Assembly: GCA_963422645.2 (NCBI GenBank)
Contig: CAXXVO010000004.1
Coordinates: 602,539-666,538 of the forward strand
Origin: Alphaproteobacteria bacterium
Lineage (GTDB): Bacteria > Pseudomonadota > Alphaproteobacteria > UBA828
Length of the DNA stretch: 64,000 bases
Reading direction: 5' to 3'
The first letter of the stretch is position 1, and the number at the start of each line of letters is the position of its first letter. A program made the translations under genes and the position numbers. The notes under the pieces are model-generated. The model saw nothing but the letters and a program-made list of their open reading frames with translations. It did not search any database and was not told where the DNA came from. This document shows, piece by piece, positions 12,932 to 24,688 of this stretch.

Positions 12932-13405
12932 TCAGAGGCCGAAAAGGCCGGAGCGAATGCGCCGGTTCTTCTCGAGATACTGCTGGTGGTAGTCCTCGGC
13001 CATCCAGAACTCCGCAGCCGGCTCGATCAGGGTCGCGATGGGGTGCCCCGCCGCCACGAGCTTCGCCTTGCTTGCCTCCGCGGCCTCCTTCTGCCCCTCC
13101 GAGCCGCAGAAGATGACCGAGCGATACTGGGTGCCGACGTCGGGCCCCTGGCGGTTGACCTGGGTCGGATCGTGGACCTGCCAGAAGAGCTCCAGCAGCG
13201 TCTCGTAGCTCACCCTGGCGGGGTCGAAGACCACCCGCACCACCTCCGCATGGCCGGTCTGGCCGCTGCACACGTCGTAATAGCCAGGCTCGGCCGTGTG
13301 GCCGCCTGCGTATCCGACCGCAGTCTCGACGACGCCGTCGACCCGGCGAAACGCGGCCTCGACGCCCCAGAAGCAGCCCGCTCCGAAAATTGCCGTCTCA
13401 GTCAT
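12932..13405 (-). CDS. msrA: Peptide methionine sulfoxide reductase A
   Basis: [34 protein letters not shown]. Confidence 0.97.
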   Translation of the reverse strand: MTETAIFGAGCFWGVEAAFRRVDGVVETAVGYAGGHTAEPGYYDVCSGQTGHAEVVRVVFDPARVSYETLLELFWQVHDPTQVNRQGPDVGTQYRSVIFCGSEGQKEAAEASKAKLVAAGHPIATLIEPAAEFWMAEDYHQQYLEKNRRIRSGLFGL

Positions 13406-13488
13406 CTCGCCCTCACACCCGTCTCTTCCTTGTGTGTTAGATAGCACCTCGCGGAGATGCGGCAAACAAAAGCGGCAGGAGTCACGGC

Positions 13489-14751
13489 ATGGCGAACGGA
13501 GTTGAAACGCAGAGCGACTACGAGGCCTACCGCAAGAGGGTCTTCGACTTCCTCTGGCGGGAGGTCGAACCCAGGGCGAGCGAGATGGAGCGCACGGGCA
13601 CGTTCCCGCAGGACGCGCTCTTCCCGCAATTCCGCGATCACGGCCTCTTCGGCGCGGTCATCCCCGAGGAATACGGCGGAATCGCGTTGAACTGCTCCCA
13701 GTATCTGCCGCTGCTCGCCGAGTTCTCGAAGGTCTCAGGCGTCGTCCGGGTGCTGCTGCACGTCCACAACACCAGCGCGCGGGCGATCGTCGCCTACGGC
13801 ACCGAGGCGCAGAAGAAGACGCTGCTGCCGGCGTTAGCCACCGGCGAGCAGTCGCTCACCTTCGCCATCACCGAGCCGAATTCCGGGAGCGGCATGGATG
13901 TCGGCACGTATGCGAGACGCGAGGGCGACCGCTGGATCGTCAACGGCGCGAAGCACTACATCACCAATGCCGACTTCGCGACGGGCCACCTGATCTGCTG
14001 CCGCACCGGCGCGCGCGGCGATCGCCGCGGGCTCAGCGCGCTGGTGGTGCCCACCGGCGCGCCCGGGTTCACCATCGAGCCCATGCCCGACATGATGGGC
14101 AACAACGGCCCGCCCCACGGCATCCTGCACTTCAAGGACACGCCGGTGCCGGTGGACAGCATGGTGGGCGCCGAGGGCGACGGCCTCGACGTCTTCCTCG
14201 GTGAGCTGGAGCCGAGCCGCGTTTTCGTTGCCGCGAGCTCGCTGGGCACCGCCGAGCGGGCGCTGGAGATCGCCCTCCACTTCGCCGGCGAGCGCGTCAC
14301 ATTCGGCAAGCCCATCGCCGCGCGTCCCTCCGTCCAGTCCGAGCTCGCCGACATGGCCCGCGACGTCTACGCGCTCCGCCTCATTCTGGAAGACGTGGCC
14401 GCCAAGATCGACCGCGAGCAGCCGTGCGCGGTGGAGGCCTCCATCGCCAAGCTCTTCGGGCTCGAGACCGTGATGCGGGTGACCGACAAGGCGATGGACG
14501 TGGTGGGCGGGCGCGCCTACTTCACCGACTACCCCTATCCGCTGGAGCGGCTCTACCGCGAGTGCCGGATCAACATGCTGGAGGAAGGCACGCCCTCGAT
14601 CCAGCGGCTGGTCATCGCGCGCAGCCTGCTCCGTCAGCCGGTGCCGCTCGACATCGGCACGCTGGGGGAGCCCTATCAGCCGGCGGGCACCGATCCCGCC
14701 CTCGGCGACCGGCGGCCACATGACCTCACCTACGCCCACGCGGAGGAGTGA
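13489..14751 (+). CDS. Acyl-CoA dehydrogenase family protein
   Basis: [43 protein letters not shown]. Confidence 0.92.
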   Translation: MANGVETQSDYEAYRKRVFDFLWREVEPRASEMERTGTFPQDALFPQFRDHGLFGAVIPEEYGGIALNCSQYLPLLAEFSKVSGVVRVLLHVHNTSARAIVAYGTEAQKKTLLPALATGEQSLTFAITEPNSGSGMDVGTYARREGDRWIVNGAKHYITNADFATGHLICCRTGARGDRRGLSALVVPTGAPGFTIEPMPDMMGNNGPPHGILHFKDTPVPVDSMVGAEGDGLDVFLGELEPSRVFVAASSLGTAERALEIALHFAGERVTFGKPIAARPSVQSELADMARDVYALRLILEDVAAKIDREQPCAVEASIAKLFGLETVMRVTDKAMDVVGGRAYFTDYPYPLERLYRECRINMLEEGTPSIQRLVIARSLLRQPVPLDIGTLGEPYQPAGTDPALGDRRPHDLTYAHAEE

Positions 14752-14775
14752 CGGCGTAGCACCGCTCCGCAGGGT

Positions 14776-15399
14776 TCAAAGTGCGGGGCCGTGCTCCGCG
14801 ATCAGGCGCTCGGCCTCGGTCAGGTCGTCCGCGCGGTTGGCGTTGAAGAAGGGGTCCACCGGATCGCAGGGGAAGGCGACTTCCACCAGCCTGTGCCTTG
14901 CGGTCCAGCGATCGATCTTACGCTCGCCCTGTTTGACCAGAGCGTCGCGCAAGTCGGCGCGGAGCGCCACCGGCCAGAGCCCGAACACCGGATGCGCCCG
15001 CCCGCCCGAGGCGGCGCAGGCAAGATCGGCGCCCGCAAGGTCGCGGGCCTCCACCATCGTCTCGACCAGATCACGCGGCAGGAAGGGCGCATCTGTGGCA
15101 AAGCTCGCCACCAATGGGTGGTGGGGCGCATTCTCTGCCGCCCAGTCGAGCGCGGTCAGGATTCCGGCGAGCGGCCCGGCGTAACCCTCCACCACATCGG
15201 CCACCACCGGCAGGCCGAATGACGCGAAACGCGCGGGATCGCCGTTCGCGTTCAGGATCAGCGGGCCGACCTGGGGTGCGATGCGCGCAATCACCCGTGC
15301 GAGCAGGGTCTCGCCGGCGAGCGGCCGCAAGCATTTGTCGCCGCCCCCCATGCGCCGCGCCAAGCCGCCTGCGAGGAGTACGCCTGCGACTGGCGTCAT
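14776..15399 (-). CDS. mobA: Molybdenum cofactor guanylyltransferase
   Basis: [40 protein letters not shown]. Confidence 0.95.
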   Translation of the reverse strand: MTPVAGVLLAGGLARRMGGGDKCLRPLAGETLLARVIARIAPQVGPLILNANGDPARFASFGLPVVADVVEGYAGPLAGILTALDWAAENAPHHPLVASFATDAPFLPRDLVETMVEARDLAGADLACAASGGRAHPVFGLWPVALRADLRDALVKQGERKIDRWTARHRLVEVAFPCDPVDPFFNANRADDLTEAERLIAEHGPAL

Positions 15400-15849
15400 G
15401 GGTTGCGCCCTTCCCTCTGCCGTCGTCTCGTGTGTTCTGGCATTCGCCGATGGTGTCTGGTTTATTCATATCCCTCAAGCTTGGCATAGCCAGTCACGAC
15501 AGCCTGATGAGACCCCATAACCTACTGGAAGAACGTGAACATTTCACTTTCATCGCAGCGTGGCACGAGAGCATCTTCGTAACGCCCGTAAGCGTATCGC
15601 TAGCGAATTCATTATAACTGCAGCGTATCAAACCGCGCAGGTGTCAAATTATTGGTAACCATTCCGCCAAACCGTGGAACCGGCTGACCCGTCGCTGCGT
15701 TCGATGTGCAGTGACGACGGATCTCTACGCATCGCGGCCATCGACCGCCTCCGTTCGTCCGGGCCAGCACGGCTTCGCGGAACGGTTACAATTATTGCGA
15801 CACCACCGCGGGAGAGCGCCCCGTCCAAGCCGGCACGGGAAGCGGCCGC

Positions 15850-16115
15850 GCATAGAAGTCGTCGACTTCTTGCATGCATGCGAAAATCTCCGAACGGCAT
15901 CCGACCATGCGGCGGCCTCCGACTGGTTCGAGAGGTACCGCGAGGTTCTGCGTCACAACCCCTGTAACGCCGACAAGGTGATCCGAGCGTTGCGCCATCT
16001 TGATGATAGCGCAAAGCCGGATCGGGCCGAGATCGAACGGGAACTTGCCTTCTTGCGCAAGCACCACCAGCGCATGTGGTACCACGCCCTGAAGGCAGAG
16101 AGCGTCGCCATCGGC
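15850..16115 (+). pseudogene. Transposase remnant, ISKra4/ISLre2-like
   Basis: VVDFLHACENL...LAFLRKHHQRMWYHALKAESVAIG resembles the DFxHA / RMxY...IGSG motifs; truncated on both sides. Confidence 0.55.
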
Positions 16116-16370
16116 TATCTTGACCTGGTAGTCGGCGAGGTCGCCGATAGCGAGATCGCAAACGATGGTGTGGGACGGAGTTTGGTAGGCAGCGGTGGCA
16201 CGTGCCTTGAACTCCGGCCAGAGGTCCGCCAGCACCTTGGCTGCCAAGTTTCTGAGGCGACAAGCGAAGCAGCGCTGAAGCGTCAATCGCGGGAAGCAGG
16301 TCTCGATCACCTTCATGATGCCCGCCGCACCGTCCGAGACCACAAGCAGGGGATCGCCGAAGCCGTCCTG
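16116..16370 (-). pseudogene. IS256-family transposase remnant
   Basis: LLVVSDGAAGIMKVIETCFPRLTLQRCFACRLRNL matches the IS256 SDG...FP...QRC...RN signature, with the conserved His lost. Confidence 0.65.
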
Positions 16371-16690
16371 GAGTGAGGCGGGACCGTGGCTTCGGCGGAG
16401 CAGGGTAGCCCAGCCTCGAACTGTCGGGTTCGCAGTTGTCACCGGTCATTGGGTGGACTCGGTCTGTCAGCGCGGCGAAGGTGCCGGGGATGACCTTCCG
16501 ATTCTCTTCGATCAGCAGTGAGCGCGGCGGTTCGCCGGACGGAGCGGGAAGCCCTCTCCCCAGTACGAGGCCCATCGCATCGCTCGAGACCCGCAGAACC
16601 TCAAACGAATCACTTCCGACGGTATGCCGGTGCCGTGTGCCCGCTGATTAACCCTATGCTAGAAGTCTACAACTAAACGGATTTCCCTTA

Positions 16691-19600
16691 ATGGCACGCA
16701 CGGATAACTTTCCGACGCTTCGCGAGCGCACCCTTGTGCTGCTTATCAACGTCGCAATTTTCTACGCAGTCTTTGTCGCCACTACCGGTCGCTTGCTGCC
16801 AACGGGCGGGATCGAAAGCGTCTGGCTTGTGAGTGCTTTCGCGCTTTGGTTTCTCAGCCTGTTGTCGGCACCGTGGTTCATCCCGCCACGAGACGTTCTG
16901 GTCAACGGCATTGCCGCCGCCGCCATTCTCACTGCGATCGATCTCTCGCCTGCCCCGCAATTTCGGGCGGAACTCGAAATCATCCGTTGGACTGCGATCG
17001 TCTACTGCGCCGCAGTCTCTGTACTCGCTTTTGTCGCGCTGTTTCTTCATGACCGTAATCAGAGAGGAAGCGGCGGTCGCCTTGTATTCCGCCTGACGGG
17101 CATCTTCGGCAGAGGCGAAATCCTGTATACGCCCGCTGCCATCATCAGCATTGTCGGAGCATACCAGGATAGCTTCGCCATTATCGCGTGGCTCGCCATC
17201 CTGTGGATACTCTTCACCGTTGCTCGTCCAATCGAGCTCATCGCCGCGGCATGGCGCCAATGGGGTCGAGACACACTCGACTATGGTGTTGCGCCCTCCG
17301 TGGGGACCATTGACCGAATAGACCATCCCAATATCGTCCGCGTGCGCCTTATCTCGGGCAGCACGTGGAAACCACATACGCTGCATGTCGCCGCTATGCC
17401 GGATGGACACCAGCAATACGTACTCTCACTATTCTCGCAGGTTCAGACTTCCTGACCTCGTGATGCTGGCTGTTCTGGGCAGCGTGCCGGGAACTCCTTG
17501 AATTCTGATACATTTCGGTTGTTTCAGGCGGTTTTTCGCTGGGTGTCGCGCCCGAGGTCTGATATTATAATTTGATACCAATTGCACGGGGTCTCAACCA
17601 TGCCCAGTACCCTCCCAATGTGCCCTCCAGAGGCGGTCTCGATCGGCAACAGCTGCTTCGCCGTCCTGATCTCGGACGACACCTTCACCTACTTTTCCAA
17701 CCTCATTCCCTTTGACAGCCACGCCGCCGATGACCGCACGGCCATGCTCTTGCGGATCGGCCGCCTCGCGGCGATCAGCGCGGTCTCGCCGCAGGAACTG
17801 GCTGACGCTTTCGCTGTCTCGCGCGCGACGGTGCAGCGCGCACGACGGCGCTACCTGGCCGAGGGCGAAGCGGGGTTCATGAAGCCCCGGCGCGGTCGCG
17901 GGCCGTCGGTGTTCACTCCGGAGTTGGCGGAGAAGGCGACGGCGTTGCTGGCATCGGGCCTGAGCGGCTCTGCGGCGGCCCGGGTTCTCGGCGTGTCAGC
18001 GCCATCGGTCAACAAGTGGCGCCGTCAGGGACTGATCGGCAACACGGAGGCGGATGGGGAGCCCGGACGCTCAGCGCTGGCTGCGCCGCCTGACGCGGGT
18101 GCGGCTCCTGAAGGCCGTGTCGATGAAGAGAGTACCGGTGCCCCGGGGCCGGAGACGGCGCCGGGGCTGGAAGCGCAGCCGCAAACGGATCGCAGCGCGC
18201 GCGATCGGCGGGACCGGCAGGCGCCGATGGGGCGTGCGACTTGCGATGTTCCGGCTCGGGTTCTGGCCAGTTGTGGACAGGCGGGGCCGGTCGAACCGCA
18301 GTTCGCCGCCGCCGCCCGCGGTGTCCGCTTCGGCGGCGTGCTCGCCGCCCTGCCGGCCCTGCTGAAGGAAGGTCTTCTCTCCGAGACCGGTCTCCTGCCA
18401 TTGCTGCCGAAGGGCTATTACGGCTTGCCTACGATCCTGCTCTTCCTGGCCTTCATGACCTTGGCGCGGGTGCGCAACCCCGAGAGCCTGCGCTACCAGG
18501 CGCCGGGCGAATGGGGCGCCATTCTCGGCCTCGATCGCTGCCCCGAGGTCAAGACGCTGCGCCGCAAGATCGCTCTCATCGCCGACGACGAGGCCGGCGT
18601 GCGGGCGTGGCAGCTCGCCCTTGCCAGGCGCTGGCAAGGCCGACGAGCCGGAGCTCTGGGCGACGCTGGCCATCGACGGGCACGTCAAGGTCTACTCCGG
18701 CCGCAAGGGGCGCTTGCCCAAGCACTTCGTCTCGCGCGAGAAGCTGTGCCTGCCGGCACGCGCCAGCTACTGGATCAACGCTCTGGGCGGCAAGCCGCTG
18801 CTCTGTCTGCACAAGCCGCTGGACCCGAAGATGGTCGCGGCCATCGAAGCCGACGTGGTGCCGGCGCTGCAGGAGCTTGGGATCGTTGGCGCCGGGGCGC
18901 CGGACCTGACCGCCGAGCATCCCGGCCAGCCGGCGCTCACCCTGGTCTTCGACCGCGAGGGCTGGAGCCCGGATCTGTTCCGCCGGCTGGCGAGGCGCGG
19001 CGTCGCCTGCCTGACCTGGCACAAGAACTTCAGGGGCGAGGACTGGCCGGCCGAGGACTTCGGCGCGATGACCGTTCCCATTCACGGACCGGCGGCGGAC
19101 GGCAGCGCCACCATGCGGCTGGCTGAGAAGCCGGTGACGTTGCCGAACGGCTTCAGGGTGCGCCAGATCCGCCGCCTGCTCGACAACGGCCGTCAGGTGC
19201 CGCTGATCACCACCGATCCGCACAAGCCGATGGCTGAGGTTGCGGGCGCCATGTTCTCGCGCTGGTCGCAGGAGAACTTCTTCAAGTACATGCGTGACGA
19301 GTTCAATCTCGACGCCCTGCCGACCCACGAGCTCGAGCCTCTCGATCCCGCCGCCATGGTCGTCAACCCGCTGCGGCGGGCCTATGACAAGGCAATCCAT
19401 CGCCTCGACCGCCAGCTTGGCCGCCTGCGCAACCGCATCGCCGACACGGCCCGGAAGAAGCAGCCGACGGCGGAACTCAGGAGGGAAGTCAGGGACCTCC
19501 AGGATGTCCGCGACATCGTCAGGGCCAGCCGCAGGGAGACGCCCAAGCACTGCCGGGCCGGCGACCTCGACGAAGCCGAGCAGCTCGATGCCTTGCCCGC

Positions 19601-21158
19601 GCGCGAGCGCCTCCTCCTCGACGTCATCCGGATGATCGCCTACCGCGCCGAAACCCGCATGATGCTTCCCGTCATGCAGGCGCAGGGCCACAAGCCCCAT
19701 CCCCGGAAACTGCTTCAAGCGCTGCTCACCGCCGATGCCGACATCCTGCCGGATCCTGGCAATGGCCTCCTGCGGGTCCACATTCTTGGCCTCGCAAACG
19801 ACGCCTGCGACCGTTGGATCGATGCGGTTCTGAGCGACCTGAACGCCACCGAAACGGTCTTCCCCGGCACCCGTCTGCGCATAGTCTACGACATCGACGG
19901 GGCCTCGGAATCCGCGCGGCTCGTGTCACCTAAAATCAGCAGAGGTCAGGAAGTCTGAGGTTCAGTGCGCGGAAGTGATCGGCACCGGCCTGTGCGTCGC
20001 TGGGGTCTCCGATAAGTTGCAACTGCCAAATGGCCACGTCTGTGCTTCCCACGACGAGGAAAGAACCGCGGACTTCATTGAAAGTCTCAGCGGTACGAAG
20101 GGGGCCAAGCTTGTCGGTTTCACTGTCGAGAACTCGACGATCGGGACCCTCAGCTTCGAGGTCGCCGCATCCTCAGGACTTGCCGAAGGCAATGTCGTGT
20201 TTGCCAGAATTGGCGAAGCCGAAGTATTCTACCAAATCCTCGATGCCCAAACGGCCGAAGAAAGCTTCGACCGCAATCCCCGCGGCACCCATATTGTCCA
20301 GGCGGCACAACTCGGTTGCTATGCCGTGGACCAGGGCTTCACGAAGTACCCGTGGCTTCCAGTCATGAATACGCCGCTATTTGCCGCCCGCGACCGCGAG
20401 TTCCCCGCCGCACGCATCGGTGATTGGGAGTTCGAGATCGGCAAGGTGCCGTCCACAAACATTGGCGTCATCGCCAGCATGGACGATCTTGTCGAGTACC
20501 ACGCCGCCGTACTGGGCGTGACTGGTACTGGGAAGACCGAGCTGGCGCTCGATATCGTGCGCGAAGCCGTCCGGCGGAGCGTCAAGGTTTTTTGCGTGGA
20601 TTTCACTGGCGATTACCGTCAACGCCTCGCCGATCTTGATCCGGCGTTTCCGGCGCCGACCGCCGAGCAGGGCAGCGATCTTGAGGCCAATCTATTCGCG
20701 GTCGAAGCGGGCAAGTATGGCGGTCAGGCTGAGAAGCCGGTCCTCAAGGAAACCGTTGACGCACTGCGCGCACAAACCGAAGGCCAAGTTGATGAGTTCC
20801 TGAGGAACGAAGCCAACAACCTCGCCATCTTCGAGCTTGCTGAAATCGCCAACACCAAGGCTACATTGCGACTGACAGAGTTCTATTTGTCCTCGATCAT
20901 GAGTTGGGCACGGCAGCATCGCCGCGCACGTCAGATCATGCTGGTGCTCGAAGAGGCGCACACCATCGTTCCAGAAACCCATGGGGCTGGATTCGACTAC
21001 GACACGCAATGGGTGGTCAGTCGTATCGGGCAGATCGCGCTTCAGGGCCGCAAATACGGGGTCGGGCTACTTGTCATCACCCAACGGACTGCTCTTGTCA
21101 GTAAAACGATCCTTTCCCAGTGCAATTCCCAGTGCAATACCTTTTTCACGCATAGTTT
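16691..21158 (+). pseudogene. Membrane-anchored HerA/DUF87-like ATPase, interrupted by an IS at 17444-19957 and truncated by a mini-IS at 21159
   Basis: Removing the IS and one AGGTT gives in-frame ...LFSQVQCAEVIGTGLC...; hydrophobic N-terminus, Walker A GVTGTGKT, Walker B LVLEEAH, GRKYGVGLLVITQR. Confidence 0.88.
17444..19957 (+). mobile_element. Unclassified 2514-bp IS (copy 1), large DDE-like transposase with a 1-nt frameshift near 18637
   Basis: Perfect IRs CAGACTTCCTGACCTC / GAGGTCAGGAAGTCTG, AGGTT duplication; N-terminal HTH, IDGH, VFDREG, RWSQENFFK; CTGGCAAGGCC here versus CTGGCAGGCC in copy 2. Confidence 0.93.
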
Positions 21159-22181
21159 CAGACTTCCTGATCTCTGCTGATTTTAGGTGACACGAGCCGC
21201 GCGGATTCCGAGGCCCCGTCGATGTCGTAGACTATGCGCAGACGGGTGCCGGGGAAGACCGTTTCGGTGGCGTTCAGGTCGCTCAGAACCGCATCGATCC
21301 AACGGTCGCAGGCGTCGTTTGCGAGGCCAAGAATGTGGACCCGCAGGAGGCCACAACTGGCCAGAACCCGAGCCGGAACATCGCAAGTCGCACGCCCCAT
21401 CGGCGCCTGCCGGTCCCGCCGATCGCGCGCGCTGCGATCCGTTTGCGGCTGCGCTTCCAGCCCCGGCGCCGTCTCCGGCCCCGGGGCACCGGTACTCTCT
21501 TCATCGACACGGCCTTCAGGAGCCGCACCCGCGTCAGGCGGCGCAGCCAGCGCTGAGCGTCCGGGCTCCCCATCCGCCTCCGTGTTGCCGATCAGTCCCT
21601 GACGGCGCCACTTGTTGACCGATGGCGCTGACACGCCGAGAACCCGGGCCGCCGCAGAGCCGCTCAGGCCCGATGCCAGCAACGCCGTCGCCTTCTCCGC
21701 CAACTCCGGAGTGAACACCGACGGCCCGCGACCGCGCCGGGGCTTCATGAACCCCGCTTCGCCCTCGGCCAGGTAGCGCCGTCGTGCGCGCTGCACCGTC
21801 GCGCGCGAGACAGCGAAAGCGTCAGCCAGTTCCTGCGGCGAGACCGCGCTGATCGCCGCGAGGCGGCCGATCCGCAAGAGCATGGCCGTGCGGTCATCGG
21901 CGGCGTGGCTGTCAAAGGGAATGAGGTTGGAAAAGTAGGTGAAGGTGTCGTCCGAGATCAGGACGGCGAAGCAGCTGTTGCCGATCGAGACCGCCTCTGG
22001 AGGGCACATTGGGAGGGTACTGGGCATGGTTGAGACCGTGCAATTGGTATCAAATTATACTATCAGACCTCGGGCGCGACACCCAGCGAAAAACCGCCTG
22101 AAACAACCGAAATGTATCAGAATTCAAGGAGTTCCCGGCACGCTGCCCAGAACAGCCAGCATCACGAGGTCAGGAAGTCTG
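21159..22181 (-). mobile_element. 1023-bp internally deleted derivative of the unclassified IS (289-aa ORF)
   Basis: Same ends; junction CCAGTTGTGG|CCTCCTGCGG; flanks AGTTT/AATTT do not match. Confidence 0.92.
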
Positions 22182-22505
22182 AATTTGTCCCTCTGAAACA
22201 CACGGATTATTTTTCATCTGTGACCCCAATAACGAATTCGTATGCATAACCAATCGCAACATTATTCTTTCGATACTTCCGAATTTATATTGACGAATGT
22301 ATCCAGATTTGCGACTCTTGATACGGAACGAATTCAGTTGATTGGAACGAAGGGCAGGTGCGTTCCAAGCACCAACGAAGGGGCGGAAACGCAAAATCGA
22401 TATGCGGCGGCGGCTGTGGAGGAGACGCATTGGGCGGTTGGCGATGATAGAGAGCCGAGGGCGGAACCCCATGCCGTTGGCTGACGCGGTCGCGCGGAGC
22501 TAGCG

Positions 22506-23381
22506 GTGCGCGTGGAATTCGGCAAAGGGGCCGATCTCCTGACTCGGGAGTATCCGGGGCTCAGCAAACAGCTCAAGAAGTGCGCCGCCTACATTCTGGA
22601 ACATCCGAGCGAGGTCGCCACGCTCTCCATGCGCCAGTTGGCGGCAAGGGCAGGGGTGCCCGCCAGCACCATGAACCGGCTCGCCAAGGCGGTTGAGTTC
22701 GCTACTTACGACGAGTTTCGTGCGCTCTATCGCGATAGTATCAACCAACAAGCGACAGGTTATTCGCTGGAGGCCGGCCAAGTACACGTGGTCGCCCGAG
22801 AAAACAAATTCGACCACGATCTCAGTGCCTTTCAACAGGCGGCAGTCACCAATATTAACACTCTGTTTGACCACATAGACCGCGTTGCGCTGGAGCGCGC
22901 CGTGCAGGCGTTGGCGGACGCGCGCACCGTCCTCGTGGTCGGCGTGTTCGCGTCCGAGGCCTTCGCCAACTACCTGCATCACGTGGCGGCCATGGGATTC
23001 AGCAACTGGCACCAGCTGGTACCCAACAGCGGCGACTTCTCTCGTCTGTTGGAGGGCTTGGTGCCCGGCGATGTCGTCGTCTGTATCGCCGTCGAGCCCT
23101 GCGCCACCGAATCAATCAGGGTCGCGCGACGTGCTCAGGAGGCGGGCGCACGCGTTATCGGCATCACCGATCGGCGGACGTCGCCCTTGGCCGCCTGCTC
23201 GGACGACATTCTGCTTATTTCGGTTCACAGCCCGAGCCTCTTTCCCTCACGCATTGGCGCCACCGCGCTGGTGGAAGTGCTCGTGGGTATGGTCGCGGCG
23301 CGCAGCGAACGGTCGGTCGCCGAAAGCGTAGAAAACTTGAACCGTTCGCGCCGAAGCTTGGGTCATTATTGGCACGAATGA
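22506..23381 (+). CDS. MurR/RpiR family transcriptional regulator (HTH + SIS)
   Basis: AAYILEHPSEVATLSMRQLAARAGVPASTMNRLAK; IGITDRRTSPLA. Confidence 0.92.
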   Translation: MRVEFGKGADLLTREYPGLSKQLKKCAAYILEHPSEVATLSMRQLAARAGVPASTMNRLAKAVEFATYDEFRALYRDSINQQATGYSLEAGQVHVVARENKFDHDLSAFQQAAVTNINTLFDHIDRVALERAVQALADARTVLVVGVFASEAFANYLHHVAAMGFSNWHQLVPNSGDFSRLLEGLVPGDVVVCIAVEPCATESIRVARRAQEAGARVIGITDRRTSPLAACSDDILLISVHSPSLFPSRIGATALVEVLVGMVAARSERSVAESVENLNRSRRSLGHYWHE

Positions 23382-23632
23382 TCCGTTATTTGGTCGGCTT
23401 TTCCGAATCACGCCACTAAAATGGGTGCCTTGTTCCACGGATTTTTTTGCTTGGGACGAATGGTTCCCCCACCCGCTAACCGGAATTATTCGTTGCCTTC
23501 GTTCGAGTGATTAAGTGGGCGGGCGGAAGGTCCCGAGACTCAGTTTCAACGCATCAGGCAAACCATGGCTGGCAGGGAATGCCGGCTCGTGACACATTGG
23601 CGCCGCAACCCATTCGGACGAGAGGCGCCGCC

Positions 23633-24520
23633 ATGACCCCGGAGCAGGTGCTGGCCCATCCCCCCAAGGTGCTGACAAGAGCGCAGCGGGAGGCGTACTT
23701 CCGTGACGGCTACCTACTGCTCGAGCGCTTCGTGCCGGAGGACTGGCTCGCGACATTGCGGGCGCTCAGCGAGCACTTTATCGGCGAGAGCCGGAGCGCG
23801 AGCGCTGACGACGAGCAGTTCGACCTGGAACCCGATCATTGCGCAACAGCGCCCCGACTCAGGCGCCTGAACCAGCCGGTGGCGCGGCACCCCGACTATT
23901 GGCGCTTCGCGAGCGATTCCTGCATCACCGACCTGGCCGAGGACCTGCTCGGGCCCAACGTGATGTTCCACCACTCCAAGCTCAACTTCAAATGGTCGGG
24001 CGGCGGCGAGGAGGTGAAGTGGCACCAGGACATCCAGTACTGGCCGCACACCAACTACAGCGTGCTCACCATCGGCGTCTATCTTGAGGACGTCGACGAG
24101 GGCATGGGCCCCATGGGCGTGATCCCCGGCGCGCACGAGGGCGAGCTCTTCGACCTCTATGACGGGAACGACTGCTGGGCCGGCGCCATCGACGATAGCG
24201 ACCTCGCGCGGGTGCCGGTGGAGAAGGCGGTCTATCTGAAGGGCCCTGCGGGCTCAGTGACGGTGCACCATTGCCGCATGATCCACGGCTCCAAGCCCAA
24301 CACCAGCCCCGCGCGCTCGCGCCCGCTCCTGCTCAACGCCTTCTCCTCCGCCGACGCGTTGCCGGTGACGGCCTACAACTATCCCTCGACCCACAATGGG
24401 GAGATCGTGCGGGGCGAGCGCCCGCGCTGGATCCACTTCGACCCGAGGCCCTGCCTTCTGCCGCCGGACTGGTCGGGCGGCTACACCTCGATCTTTGCGC
24501 TGCAGCAGGGAGAGGAGTAG
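23633..24520 (+). CDS. Phytanoyl-CoA dioxygenase (PhyH) family Fe/2OG dioxygenase
   Basis: YFRDGYL, SKLNFK, WHQD, GSVTVHHCRMIHGSKPN. Confidence 0.9.
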   Translation: MTPEQVLAHPPKVLTRAQREAYFRDGYLLLERFVPEDWLATLRALSEHFIGESRSASADDEQFDLEPDHCATAPRLRRLNQPVARHPDYWRFASDSCITDLAEDLLGPNVMFHHSKLNFKWSGGGEEVKWHQDIQYWPHTNYSVLTIGVYLEDVDEGMGPMGVIPGAHEGELFDLYDGNDCWAGAIDDSDLARVPVEKAVYLKGPAGSVTVHHCRMIHGSKPNTSPARSRPLLLNAFSSADALPVTAYNYPSTHNGEIVRGERPRWIHFDPRPCLLPPDWSGGYTSIFALQQGEE

Positions 24521-24547
24521 GAACCCCAGGCCGCAGCTGCAGGTGGT

Positions 24548-24688
24548 TAGAGCGAGTCTGTCTTTGACGGGCTCGCGACAGGCCGCGACTGCGGCCCGCC
24601 GCTAACGCGGCGCGCCGGCGTCGGCCACGGGCCGGCTGCCGTGAGCGACAAAGGCGAAAGCGTTTCCGTGTGAGACGGAAACGCTCTA
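24548..24688 (-). repeat. Palindromic RIME/MITE-like repeat, copy A
   Basis: Termini TAGAGCG...CGCTCTA, hairpin AGCGTTTCCGT-N5-ACGGAAACGCT; homologous to 30177, 47671, 58642. Confidence 0.85.

Noticed and set aside
17444-22181. Composite transposon carrying the ATPase domain
   Set aside because: Copy 1 has its own AGGTT duplication, the outer flanks differ, and the ATPase is continuous with the gene upstream
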